Shown here piece after piece: positions 1 through 9,346 of a stretch of DNA of 40,608 nucleotides. This stretch comes from a phage. Within the stretch, counting starts at the first letter, position 1. Every line of letters begins with the position of its first letter. Under the pieces are notes generated by a model, which was not told the DNA's origin, made no database searches, and saw only the letters and a program-made list of their open reading frames with translations. The DNA is taken from the sequence record OZ370878.1. One strand, given 5' to 3'. A program made the translations under genes and the position numbers.

Positions 1-137
1 GTAACACCCAAAGACAAACCCAAGGGTCATCCCCAACCCTTAGGGAACCCTCAAGGTCAACCGAAGGTTGACTTTAGGTGATTGGCTGGGCTTTAGGTAC
101 CCCCTATGGGGGAACTTTAGGTCCGTACACTGTGAGA
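1..137. repeat. Partial copy of T7 160-bp terminal repeat (reverse complement, bases 24-160)
   Basis: Identical to 40319..40455; matches remembered T7 terminal repeat sequence. Confidence 0.9.
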
Positions 138-376
138 TAGTCACTCAGATTTTTATGGTATATTTTAAAGGACCCTATAGGAACTCCATAGGCCCTCTCT
201 AAGACCCTCTTTAGGTGACACTGATAGGATGGCCTATCTTTAGGTATAGACCTTAGGATAGACCATTAGAGGCTCTTTATGGGTATACCTTAGGACTTGA
301 CTCTATAGGGATGAAGTGGTGTGATGCAATCATACCGCTGAATCCCTCGGTGAGCCATCAGTCGGTCAGGAAGACC

Positions 377-526
377 CTAATCGCTACAAGTGAGTATAGA
401 GCAAACGACAGACTCCAGTGAACTGAGGTCTCCAGTAAGAGATGCGTACCCAAGGGCAGCACAAAGTACCACAAGAAATCGGTAGGTGACTCTATGCCGC
501 AGTAGGTTCAACAATAAGCGGAACAT
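377..526 (-). CDS. 19.5: T7 gp19.5, unknown function
   Basis: 49-aa ORF MFRLLLNLLRHRVTYRF... read by hand from minus strand; below ORF-track size cutoff. Confidence 0.85.
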   Translation of the reverse strand: MFRLLLNLLRHRVTYRFLVVLCAALGYASLTGDLSSLESVVCSILTCSD

Positions 527-680
527 GAGTCTCCTCCCTTTATGTTGGTCCTTAAGTTAAGGTGATACTAATACAATATAATCACCATTCTTAGAGGTCA
601 CTCTAGGTACACCATTATGCATACTTTATGCACTCTATAAGTATTCATTCAGTATCTATATAGTAACCTTTCGTCCCTCC

Positions 681-703
681 TCTCCCTATAGTGAGTCGTA
701 TTA
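681..703 (-). promoter_or_regulatory. T7 RNAP promoter phiOR
   Basis: Reverse complement of TAATACGACTCACTATAGGGAGA. Confidence 0.9.
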
Positions 704-784
704 ATTTATCGTGTCTTTTCAGTAACTTAAAGAACTGACCATCCGTGGTCTATAGTGCATCCCTATGCAGTCCTAATGCATAAA

Positions 785-2545
785 TCACCACTCAATGAAA
801 GACGTACCGTAACCCTCATCGTCCTCAGAGTACACATCAACTCCTCCCACAGACATCTCAATGATATGCGTAGCAGCAACCGTAGGACGCATCATGTGTT
901 CCTCAAGGAAGTCAGCAAGTACTTCACCCTCGACCTTAACGGAATCCAACTGCATGGACTCACGGAGATACTCAATGCCTAACGCAAGGGCATCCAATCG
1001 GTCATCATGAGCCAGAGCGCCTTTCTCACGAGTGATACGGGTCATCTGGTAGAACAACGAGTACTTAACGTCATGCTTACCGTCTACGTCACGAGCGGAC
1101 TGGTAGTCGGCCCTAATGACCTCATCACGAATTACAAGGCGGTGAGTCTGCATGACTGGCTCAAGGGTATCGCAAATACGCATCTCTTTCATACCACGGG
1201 CACGAATCTCTTCCATCGCACAGTTGTGGTGTTTAAGAAGGATAGGACTGAATACCTTACCGAACATACCGTCACCGAAGTTACTCTCGTAGACAACCGT
1301 CTGGACTCCCCATTGCTTTGCCTTCTTAGCGAGTAACTCAAGGGTCTTATCGGAGTAGCCATCACGGAAACCTCCAGCTTCCATAAGGTAGATGTAACCG
1401 TTCAGTGTGTACAGCACAGCGTAACCTGTTTCGTCCTTACCGCGACCACTAGGGTCAATGACCAGAATCTTCTGTTGGTACTGACCTGAGTTGTTGGAAC
1501 AATCGTGGTACGTATGCAGGTCATCACCCTTAAGGCCAACGTTAGGAAGGTCCTCAATGATGTTCTGACGGTTCGGAAGCCACTGGTAATGCATTGGGGC
1601 CTTCTCTAAGTCTAAGGCCGCTACGATAGCGTCACGAAGCCTCAGCGGGTACTTCTCGGCATCACTAAGGTTAGGGTTAAGCATGAACTGTAGCGTAAAG
1701 CCAGCCTTACCGTATTCCAACTCACGCTCGCGCAGGTCATCACGGTCAAAGCGCACTGGGTCTGTTGGAGTCCCAGCAAGTGCCTCAGGGTTCTCATCGT
1801 ACTCAGCGCGTAACATAGGAGCAAGACGCTGTGAGTAATAGAGGTTCTCTTCACGTGTCCTTGGGTACAGAGCAGGCCAGATAATGGTTGTGTACCCACG
1901 GTTATCCTCAAGTTCCTTATAGAGAGTCATCTCTGTCTGAGGTGTACCAAGGTAGATAACGCGAGAGGAAGGCAGCGGTTTAAGTAACGCAGCGAACTCC
2001 TGAACCAGAGTCCATAGCTTCTCACGGGCACCCATAGTTGCGCTGTTAGACGGAATCTCAACGTCATCCGCAATGATAATGTCAGCACGGCTACCAGTTA
2101 ACTGACCAGTGATACCTACTGATTTCACACTAGGAGAGTGGTCAGGATTGGCTGGGCCTACATCAAAGCTGATTACCGAGTCACGCTGTCCGGGTCTTGG
2201 CTTTAACTCAGATAGGAATGGCAGCAGGTCAATGATGTTCTTAATAAAGATGGAGTTAGCGTCTGCACGCTCCTTAGAGGCTGATACGATAAGTATCTTC
2301 AACTGAGGGTCTCTCCATAAGGACCACACAACGAACGCACATGTGATGAACGACTTACCGATACCACGGAAAGCCTGTAAGATGAACTTCTTGTTGTCTC
2401 CATTCGCCAGCACCTTAGCCATGTCAATCTGACACTTAGTGGGCACCGGTAGGTTTAGCGCCTTCCATAAGACGAATAGGAACGCCACGAAGTCTCCTTT
2501 CAGTTGCGCCACTACGAGCGCATTACGATTGGATTGAGTAGACAC
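785..2545 (-). CDS. 19: T7 gp19 terminase large subunit
   Basis: 586-aa ORF; GTG start after AAGGAGG; matches T7 gp19. Confidence 0.95.
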
Positions 2546-2566
2546 ATTGCCTCCTTACTTGATTTC

Positions 2567-2998
2567 CTACTTACGTTGCAGTTCACGAATAGTATCCTGT
2601 AACGCACGAATCCATGCGTCACCCTTCTGGGTCACTGCGAGAATACGTTTAGCATCTCGGTCGTCAAGTTCGGCTCGACCATCAGGCTCGAATCCACACT
2701 GACCATCGGAGGTTCCGGTAGTTTTGACTCTGACGCGCAACCGCTTATTGTCGCTACGCAAATCAGAAATAATCCTATCAGTGCTCCCTTCCAGCGCGGC
2801 AAGGTCTTCTTGATACTTAGCAGATACCGCATCGATTGCTCTTTGAGTGCTCTTCGCAGCCTCAACTCTCTTAACGTACTCATTGTGTACCTCCTGTTTC
2901 CATTTAGCGTCCATTGAGTCTGACCCTAGATGCCATCCTAACCCGAATAGCATCCCAGCGAGAACCCAAGGGATTAGCTTACGTAAAAATTCTAGCAT
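2567..2998 (-). CDS. 18.5: T7 gp18.5 Rz-like i-spanin
   Basis: 143-aa ORF with N-terminal TM segment; T7 gp18.5. Confidence 0.9.
   Translation of the reverse strand: MLEFLRKLIPWVLAGMLFGLGWHLGSDSMDAKWKQEVHNEYVKRVEAAKSTQRAIDAVSAKYQEDLAALEGSTDRIISDLRSDNKRLRVRVKTTGTSDGQCGFEPDGRAELDDRDAKRILAVTQKGDAWIRALQDTIRELQRK
2632..2883 (-). CDS. 18.7: T7 gp18.7 Rz1-like o-spanin, nested in 18.5 in another frame
   Basis: 83-aa ORF fully inside gene 18.5; T7 gp18.7. Confidence 0.8.
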   Translation of the reverse strand: MSTLRELRLRRALKEQSMRYLLSIKKTLPRWKGALIGLFLICVATISGCASESKLPEPPMVSVDSSLMVEPNLTTEMLNVFSQ

Positions 2999-3039
2999 AA
3001 TGCCTCCCGTTAACTTTCAGATTTCACGTAGGAGCATCT

Positions 3040-3095
3040 CGTATAGACAATGACATCCATAAAGACCACTATCTGTAGTGGCCTTGAGTATATCA
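3040..3095 (-). promoter_or_regulatory. RNase III processing site R18.5
   Basis: Hairpin motif ACTCAAGGCCACT...GTGGTCTTTATGGATG shared with other T7 R sites. Confidence 0.55.
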
Positions 3096-3362
3096 CTGTA
3101 ATGTGTAAATATCATCATCCGTAAGACCGTTATCACCGACTTTCTCTTTGTACTCTTCAAGAGCACCAGCAAGGCCACCTAAGATGTGAACATCCGGCTG
3201 CAACTTACCAATCTGGAACTTGTGGCGGTCTAACAGTTTGTTAATAGCATTATAGAGTTGCGGAGAGCGACGCTCATGGTCCGAAAGGTCCGCAAGCATA
3301 CGCTGAGCCATCGCAGTGTCCAACATCTCTAAGAATGTAATAAGGCTCTTATCCTTTTCCAT
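3093..3362 (-). CDS. 18: T7 gp18 terminase small subunit
   Basis: 89 aa from MEKDKSLITF...; ORF-track start trimmed to canonical ATG. Confidence 0.92.
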   Translation of the reverse strand: MEKDKSLITFLEMLDTAMAQRMLADLSDHERRSPQLYNAINKLLDRHKFQIGKLQPDVHILGGLAGALEEYKEKVGDNGLTDDDIYTLQ

Positions 3363-3367
3363 ACATA

Positions 3368-3571
3368 TCACTCCTTATTGGCTTTCTTCCAGTCAATCAT
3401 CTTATCGACTACCTTGGCACCAATCTGAACCACTGTGTAGGCGATAGCAGCAACGTAGAACCATTCGTTAAGGCTTAACCCAAAGAACAGTCGAGCACTA
3501 ACATCTGCTACACCCGTCCCAACAATTGGAGCAGCCTTAATCAATTCGTTGTTAAAGTCTAATGATAGCAC
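3368..3571 (-). CDS. 17.5: T7 gp17.5 holin
   Basis: 67-aa ORF with hydrophobic segment; T7 gp17.5. Confidence 0.9.
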   Translation of the reverse strand: MLSLDFNNELIKAAPIVGTGVADVSARLFFGLSLNEWFYVAAIAYTVVQIGAKVVDKMIDWKKANKE

Positions 3572-3629
3572 CTTGTACCTCCTTGAGAGTCCATCCGTGG
3601 ACTACACGTCTTTCCTTGTGATTTACCAA

Positions 3630-5291
3630 TTACTCGTTCTCCACCATGATTGCATTAGGTACAGAACGTCTGTCTGCAATATTCTTGAATCCGAGACCGT
3701 TGGAGTGTATTTGGAATCGTAACCATCCACCATCAGAGGCTATGAAGTAGATTCCATCGGGGCCAGTACGGAAGAAGTTCCAAGAGTTGTTGGCACACTT
3801 AATCCAGATATTGCGGAAGCGGAGATCCTGTGAAACAGTCACACTTACCCCACCGCCAGCACTACCAGACCACACCTGAGTCCACGCCTTGGACTTCGCA
3901 ACGAAGCTGTCACGTAGGTAAGCATCCAGCCATTTACCTCCCCACTTAGTACCTTGAATATTACCATCAGTGGCCACAACGGCCTGACCTACGTGGAAGT
4001 GTTTGTTAACTACTGCATAGTCCTGCTTGAGTGTTAAGGTCGTACCATGTACATAGGAGTGGAAGGTACAGTCATTGTTGTTATCTGACCCTCTACCAAT
4101 GTACCAGTTATTCCTGTTACCATCTTTAGATAGAATATAGTGCGCCTTGTCGGATGCGGACTCTAATTGAAGAACATGCCCATTCTGCAATTTTAGCTGA
4201 CCGGTCATGGCTCCACCTTGGGTGATGATCTGTCCGTTTACTACTAACTGGATGTTACCGCCTATCGCTGTTGTCCACTCTCTACGTTGAACATACATCA
4301 GCCATCCGTTCTCATCTCCCCACTCCATGACAGAGTAACGATTAGTGACACCACCAAAGAACTGTTGATACTGGCCACAGTCAAAACCGTTTGTGGTCAT
4401 GTAAAGGCGCCCGTTAGCGTGAATATTTCCTTTCCAGTACACATTGGTTCCATCTACCTTATCAATTGCACCAGCCAATCCATTGTAATTTTCCAGCTTG
4501 TCTGCCTCACGTTCCGCACGGTCTGCTTGCTGTTCTGCCAAATGAGCAGAGTTAGCGGATGCTGTGGCAGAGTTCTCAGCGTTTACCTCAGATTGATGCG
4601 CAGCGGAAGCAGAGTTCCCAGCAGATGTAGCGTATTGACCAGCCGTATTCTTGAACCGCTTGGCTTCGTCTCGGAAACCCTTGGTCTCATCGCGCCACTG
4701 CTTTGTGTTCGTAGCGTTGGTACTGGACTCGTTCTTAAAGCCCTCCGCTTGGTTTCTGAAAGTCTCAGCCTCATTACGGAACTGTAAGGCTTCATTACGT
4801 GCTTGCCATGAGTTCTGGTTCATGGTCTTTAGTTGACCAAACGGAACAGCATCGCGGTCATCCACGGCGTTCGCTAGGTTCACAATTCGACGACCACGAG
4901 CATCCAAGTGACCATCGTTATTGACACCGATAGTATCCGTAGTGAGGTCACGGGCCTCTTCCGCTACGTGCATCGTTTGAATCTGAGCGACGTTAAGGTC
5001 ATACGCGCGGAGGATTGAACCATCCGTAAAGTCAACCAATCGGTCGGTAGTGGAGGTTACTCGGCGTAACTCGATGGTCGTGTAGCCATCGGCTGGACCC
5101 CAAGCCTTTGTCAGAGAGATAGTAGTACGTGTAGCAAAGCGATAGTCTGTATTAATCGTAAGGACCTTTCGGTCTACACCAATAAGAGTTACCACTACGA
5201 ACTTACGGGCTAGATACTCAAACGGGATATTAAAATCACGATTGGAGCCATCTAACTGGTAAGTCAAAACGGTTTTAATTACGTTAGCCAT
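3630..5291 (-). CDS. 17: T7 gp17 tail fiber
   Basis: 553-aa ORF; matches T7 gp17. Confidence 0.95.
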   Translation of the reverse strand: MANVIKTVLTYQLDGSNRDFNIPFEYLARKFVVVTLIGVDRKVLTINTDYRFATRTTISLTKAWGPADGYTTIELRRVTSTTDRLVDFTDGSILRAYDLNVAQIQTMHVAEEARDLTTDTIGVNNDGHLDARGRRIVNLANAVDDRDAVPFGQLKTMNQNSWQARNEALQFRNEAETFRNQAEGFKNESSTNATNTKQWRDETKGFRDEAKRFKNTAGQYATSAGNSASAAHQSEVNAENSATASANSAHLAEQQADRAEREADKLENYNGLAGAIDKVDGTNVYWKGNIHANGRLYMTTNGFDCGQYQQFFGGVTNRYSVMEWGDENGWLMYVQRREWTTAIGGNIQLVVNGQIITQGGAMTGQLKLQNGHVLQLESASDKAHYILSKDGNRNNWYIGRGSDNNNDCTFHSYVHGTTLTLKQDYAVVNKHFHVGQAVVATDGNIQGTKWGGKWLDAYLRDSFVAKSKAWTQVWSGSAGGGVSVTVSQDLRFRNIWIKCANNSWNFFRTGPDGIYFIASDGGWLRFQIHSNGLGFKNIADRRSVPNAIMVENE

Positions 5292-5343
5292 TTGACCTCC
5301 TTAAAGTAAATCTAAGAGACTACAGGGAGAAGATTATTTCGCC

Positions 5344-5366
5344 TCTCCCTATAGTGAGTCGTATTA
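5344..5366 (-). promoter_or_regulatory. T7 RNAP promoter phi17
   Basis: Reverse complement of TAATACGACTCACTATAGGGAGA; overlaps gene 16 stop. Confidence 0.9.
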
Positions 5367-8300
5367 TTTCCTACGCTCCCTCAAGTTAACACCGTTCGCC
5401 TCATAAATCTTCAACACAAGCTGTTGAGTCAATGGGTCGTTCGGTACTAACTCTTTTGTGGAGTTCATAAGACCAGTCATGAAGTCCTGCTCGGTTGCTT
5501 TATTAGGTGAGTTGACCACGCCAGCAGCATTCATTAAGGTAGCCCCTACGTTAGCCACAAAGCCAGCCGAAGGCATCTGTTCCAGAAGGTTTGAACCCAT
5601 AGCGCCCATTACCTCTCTAGAGGTGTACGGTTTGTTTGGGTCACGTTCCTTCACGGTGTCCTTAGGTAGAATCGTAGAGCGAGCCATCTTGGAGGACTCG
5701 AACCCTAAAACACCACCAACTAGGTCAACCATAGCCAAAGGAGCACCCAATTGAGAACTACGAGATAACGCAGCGTGGGCAATCATGGTTGGGTCCAGTG
5801 CACGCTCCAAGTACTCCTTACGTTTCTCCTTAGGCAGAGCGTATGCTTTGACGTGTGCAGCCATAGCATAGAAACCACCAGCGAGACCCATAGAGGTGAT
5901 GATGCTCAGCGCAGCGTCAATCGCTCGGTTGTTCTTGTATCCATCATAGAAGGTTCGCAGGAACTTAGAGTTAAGGGACTTGATAGTGAAAGACTTAAAC
6001 TGCATAACCATCTTACCTAGTGCTCCGAACGCATGGGAATCCTGTAAGGACACCTTATGTGGACGCAGCATTGCCTCATCAGCTACCTTGTCAGCCAGTC
6101 TCCATAAGTCCATAGCCCGTGGGTCCATAGAGAACGCTTGCTTGTCCTTAACGGTAAACTTCCCGTCCTCACCGCGTACCATATGTTCCTTGATGAGAGA
6201 CTTGATGCCAGCCATCTGCTCAGGAGTTACGGAGGCACCACGAAGGAAGCCTTCTTTCTCCCAGCGGGTAGTCTTACCTGTTAGGGTGGCACTAATAACA
6301 TCCCCAAGCATACCTTGACGCGCAGCATCCAGAAGGTAGTTAGTGGTTCCGTTCAGTAGCTTAGTCCACGGAGAGCGAGCAGCCAGTTCCTGTGTTGAAT
6401 ACTTCAAGGTCCCTACGATGTTCGCCACGGCAGGTCCGGTATCAGTTGCTTCCCTTAGGCGCTGCACAATGTCAGCACGTTTAGGCCGAATCAACTGGTC
6501 CACCTCCTTCCCGAACAGAGACGCATGGAGTTCCTTGAGTTCCTTAGCTGAAACTGGTTTAGACTTGTAGAGTGTATCACGCAGAATTGGGATACTATGC
6601 CCTAGAGCACGAACGTTACCAGTGACAATCATCCCAGCAATCTCCGTAATGTTCTGAGCACCCATGTAGGCGTTCTTAGCGAAGAACCCTAGGTCATTGA
6701 TGGCACGCAGTGAGGTTTCCCACACAGTGTCCTGATTGCGTCTAGCACGACCAGTAAGAATCTTAACGGTATCCATTAAAGCATGTACCTCGCCAGTCTT
6801 CTTACCGTCTCCCTCAGCTTTCGCTTTGAGAGCCAAAATCTCATCCTTAAGTTCCTTAGTGGTTTTACCAGTAGACCCCATGATGGCGATGTCACCATTG
6901 ACACGGCGGTCATACGCTGGCATGATGCGGAACATATCGAAGTCCCTTAGGTCATTCACTGAGAATTGCTGTCCGTCTGGCATAGTGATGGATAGGTCCG
7001 AATCAAACAAGTTACGTGCCTCAAGGAATGAGTTATTCTCGATACCTACTAAGCCCTCAATGTTCTCTTCTATTATGGAACTGTTGGTGAACTGGTCTGA
7101 GTGGGAGATACCATAAGCCTTATCCATAGCGTACTTCTCTACCATCTCTGGTGTTACTTCCTTCACCCCGTGTAATTCCTTAAGCATCTCATCGACTCTG
7201 GCCTTGACCTCAGGTCTGGAGACGTAGCTGTTCATCCATGAGCGGGCAATCCCTTCCTGCAAACCTTCGGCACCGTAGCGTTGAATCATCAGCGCCTTGG
7301 CATGACGGTCATATACGTGAGGAACGTAAGTACCTTTGTGGCGACTCTCAGGGAAGATACTCACAGCCTTTGTGTTACCGAATATTGCTGGGTTTTCCAT
7401 AAGTTCACGCTTGGTGTCAAAGTGACGCTTAATGATGTCCATAACGATTCTCTCAGACGGAGTGAGTGCCTTCTGTAGTTCTGGACGCTCAATAGCTAGT
7501 GCCGCTCTACGGTAGATAGTGTATCGAGTTTCTTCACGGGACATCTTAGCGCCGCCAGTAGAGAACTCAGGGTCTTTCATAGCGTCAGACATTGCTTTGT
7601 ACAAGTCATTATAAGTACGCTGGTCAGTACCATGAAGTCTCTCATGGATGTCAGAAGCTGTTGCACCGAACTTACCTGAGGCACCAGACTGCATACCAGT
7701 AGGAGAGCGAACGAGGTCGATAGCCACTCTACGGATGTCAGCATCGTCAGACCCCAAGGTCTTCAAGCCAATCTCGGTGAACCCAGCCAGTTTGATTCCT
7801 CGCGCAGCCTTCTCAGGGTCAACCTCGGAGAACTCTTTTAGAGTCTTAGGGTTGATTGGGTTGCTTGCACTTAGAACGGAGCCATCATGTAACACCACGG
7901 CACCTCTCTCTGTTGGTAAGTCCTCATAAGGGACACCATTATGTTCACCTTCAAACTTCATGTTCTCAGTGTTCATCCGAGAGAGGTCCGCAGAGTTGGC
8001 GTTTCGTGCTGTCTCACGGGCTTCCAATCGCATCATAGGACCGATGAACTCATTGTCGAACTCAGCTTCTGGTTTACTGCGTTTCAGTCCAGCAGCTACA
8101 GCGTCACTGATTGCAGACATGCCTGCGCCAAACACAAAGCCACCTAAGGCAGCACCCGCATAGTCTGCGTCACCACCAGCTACGGAGGTACGGAGACCTT
8201 CGGATGCAACGTTCAGAGCAGCACTTTCGGCACCAACTACAAGAGCCTTATTGATTAACTTAAAGCCCTTACCAGTGACACCGACCATAGGAACATAGCT

Positions 8301-9320
8301 AAGCGGGTCCACACCAGCACCAATAATACCAGCACTCAGTTTGGCACCTAGGCCAGCCTCGGCAGCGCGGGAGTCATTCTCAAAGTTCTCGTTAGCCAAT
8401 TTAATGAGGTCATCGAGGTTCTCAGGGGAACCACCAGTTACAACGTTGATGTACGCAGGGTTCTTAACCTCTGTTCGAATCTTCTCTAACTCCTCTGGAG
8501 TCCAGATGTGAGAGTTCCAGCGAGTCGGCGTAATGGTGTCTTTAAACACATCAAAACCATTATCGAGACGACCAGCACGGAAAGCCATCCCAGCGACTGA
8601 GTTGGAGAGTTCAGCTTCGGCAGCATTTTTGAATCCGAAGAAGGTTGAACGACTGTTGTACTCGTCAAGTGTTTCTCCGTGGGTCTCCCAAAAGTCCTTG
8701 GCGAATGGTTTCGCCGTAGCCTCCTGTTCGATACCCTTAACGTCAAAACTTGTGGACTCAGGAAGTTCCTGTGTTACTTTCTGCTTGTGACCAATTCCAG
8801 CCAATCCTACCTCAGCCGGAATGCCTTTACCCTTTGGGGTTATGCCACCAAAAGTTTCCAACTGTCCAGCCATAGGTGACTTAGCAACATCCAGAAGGTT
8901 ACGCATGTAGTTACGTCCCTCCTCAGAGATTGATGCGAAGTCTCCCTTAGAGTACGCCTCAAGTTGTGGATTACCCAAGCGTCCCTCGCCTTGGTTGTAC
9001 GCAAGGGCAGCTTTGAGTTCATCGCCATCAAACTTCCCTACCAGACCTGCAAGTTGCTTAGCGGCAGCATTAATAGCTAACTCAGGGTTCAGTCGGTCGT
9101 CGTCTGGACCATCGGTAACTCGCAGACCGAGGGCCTTAGCGGTTGCCTTGGTAAATTGCATCATGCCTAATGGTCCAGTCTTAGATTTTGCTGTAGGCAC
9201 AAATCGTGATTCTGTCCAAGCGACTTTACGTAAAAGGTCATAAGAGACCCCGTTGGCATCAGCAGCCTTTTGGAACAGACCATCATAATCACTTGGTACG
9301 TTCTTATCGTACTTATCCAT
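5364..9320 (-). CDS. 16: T7 gp16 internal virion protein D with N-terminal lytic transglycosylase domain
   Basis: 1318-aa ORF; SLT-like motif GMMQFTKATAKALGL near N-terminus. Confidence 0.95.
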   Translation of the reverse strand: MDKYDKNVPSDYDGLFQKAADANGVSYDLLRKVAWTESRFVPTAKSKTGPLGMMQFTKATAKALGLRVTDGPDDDRLNPELAINAAAKQLAGLVGKFDGDELKAALAYNQGEGRLGNPQLEAYSKGDFASISEEGRNYMRNLLDVAKSPMAGQLETFGGITPKGKGIPAEVGLAGIGHKQKVTQELPESTSFDVKGIEQEATAKPFAKDFWETHGETLDEYNSRSTFFGFKNAAEAELSNSVAGMAFRAGRLDNGFDVFKDTITPTRWNSHIWTPEELEKIRTEVKNPAYINVVTGGSPENLDDLIKLANENFENDSRAAEAGLGAKLSAGIIGAGVDPLSYVPMVGVTGKGFKLINKALVVGAESAALNVASEGLRTSVAGGDADYAGAALGGFVFGAGMSAISDAVAAGLKRSKPEAEFDNEFIGPMMRLEARETARNANSADLSRMNTENMKFEGEHNGVPYEDLPTERGAVVLHDGSVLSASNPINPKTLKEFSEVDPEKAARGIKLAGFTEIGLKTLGSDDADIRRVAIDLVRSPTGMQSGASGKFGATASDIHERLHGTDQRTYNDLYKAMSDAMKDPEFSTGGAKMSREETRYTIYRRAALAIERPELQKALTPSERIVMDIIKRHFDTKRELMENPAIFGNTKAVSIFPESRHKGTYVPHVYDRHAKALMIQRYGAEGLQEGIARSWMNSYVSRPEVKARVDEMLKELHGVKEVTPEMVEKYAMDKAYGISHSDQFTNSSIIEENIEGLVGIENNSFLEARNLFDSDLSITMPDGQQFSVNDLRDFDMFRIMPAYDRRVNGDIAIMGSTGKTTKELKDEILALKAKAEGDGKKTGEVHALMDTVKILTGRARRNQDTVWETSLRAINDLGFFAKNAYMGAQNITEIAGMIVTGNVRALGHSIPILRDTLYKSKPVSAKELKELHASLFGKEVDQLIRPKRADIVQRLREATDTGPAVANIVGTLKYSTQELAARSPWTKLLNGTTNYLLDAARQGMLGDVISATLTGKTTRWEKEGFLRGASVTPEQMAGIKSLIKEHMVRGEDGKFTVKDKQAFSMDPRAMDLWRLADKVADEAMLRPHKVSLQDSHAFGALGKMVMQFKSFTIKSLNSKFLRTFYDGYKNNRAIDAALSIITSMGLAGGFYAMAAHVKAYALPKEKRKEYLERALDPTMIAHAALSRSSQLGAPLAMVDLVGGVLGFESSKMARSTILPKDTVKERDPNKPYTSREVMGAMGSNLLEQMPSAGFVANVGATLMNAAGVVNSPNKATEQDFMTGLMNSTKELVPNDPLTQQLVLKIYEANGVNLRERRK

Positions 9321-9346
9321 TTAGGGCCTCCTTATGTAGCCTTTAG

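Noticed and set aside
138-376. Possible small gene in the right-end unique region beyond gene 19.5
   Set aside because: No ORF with a convincing start and ribosome binding site was found. The region matches the non-coding T7 right end, which holds packaging and processing sequences.
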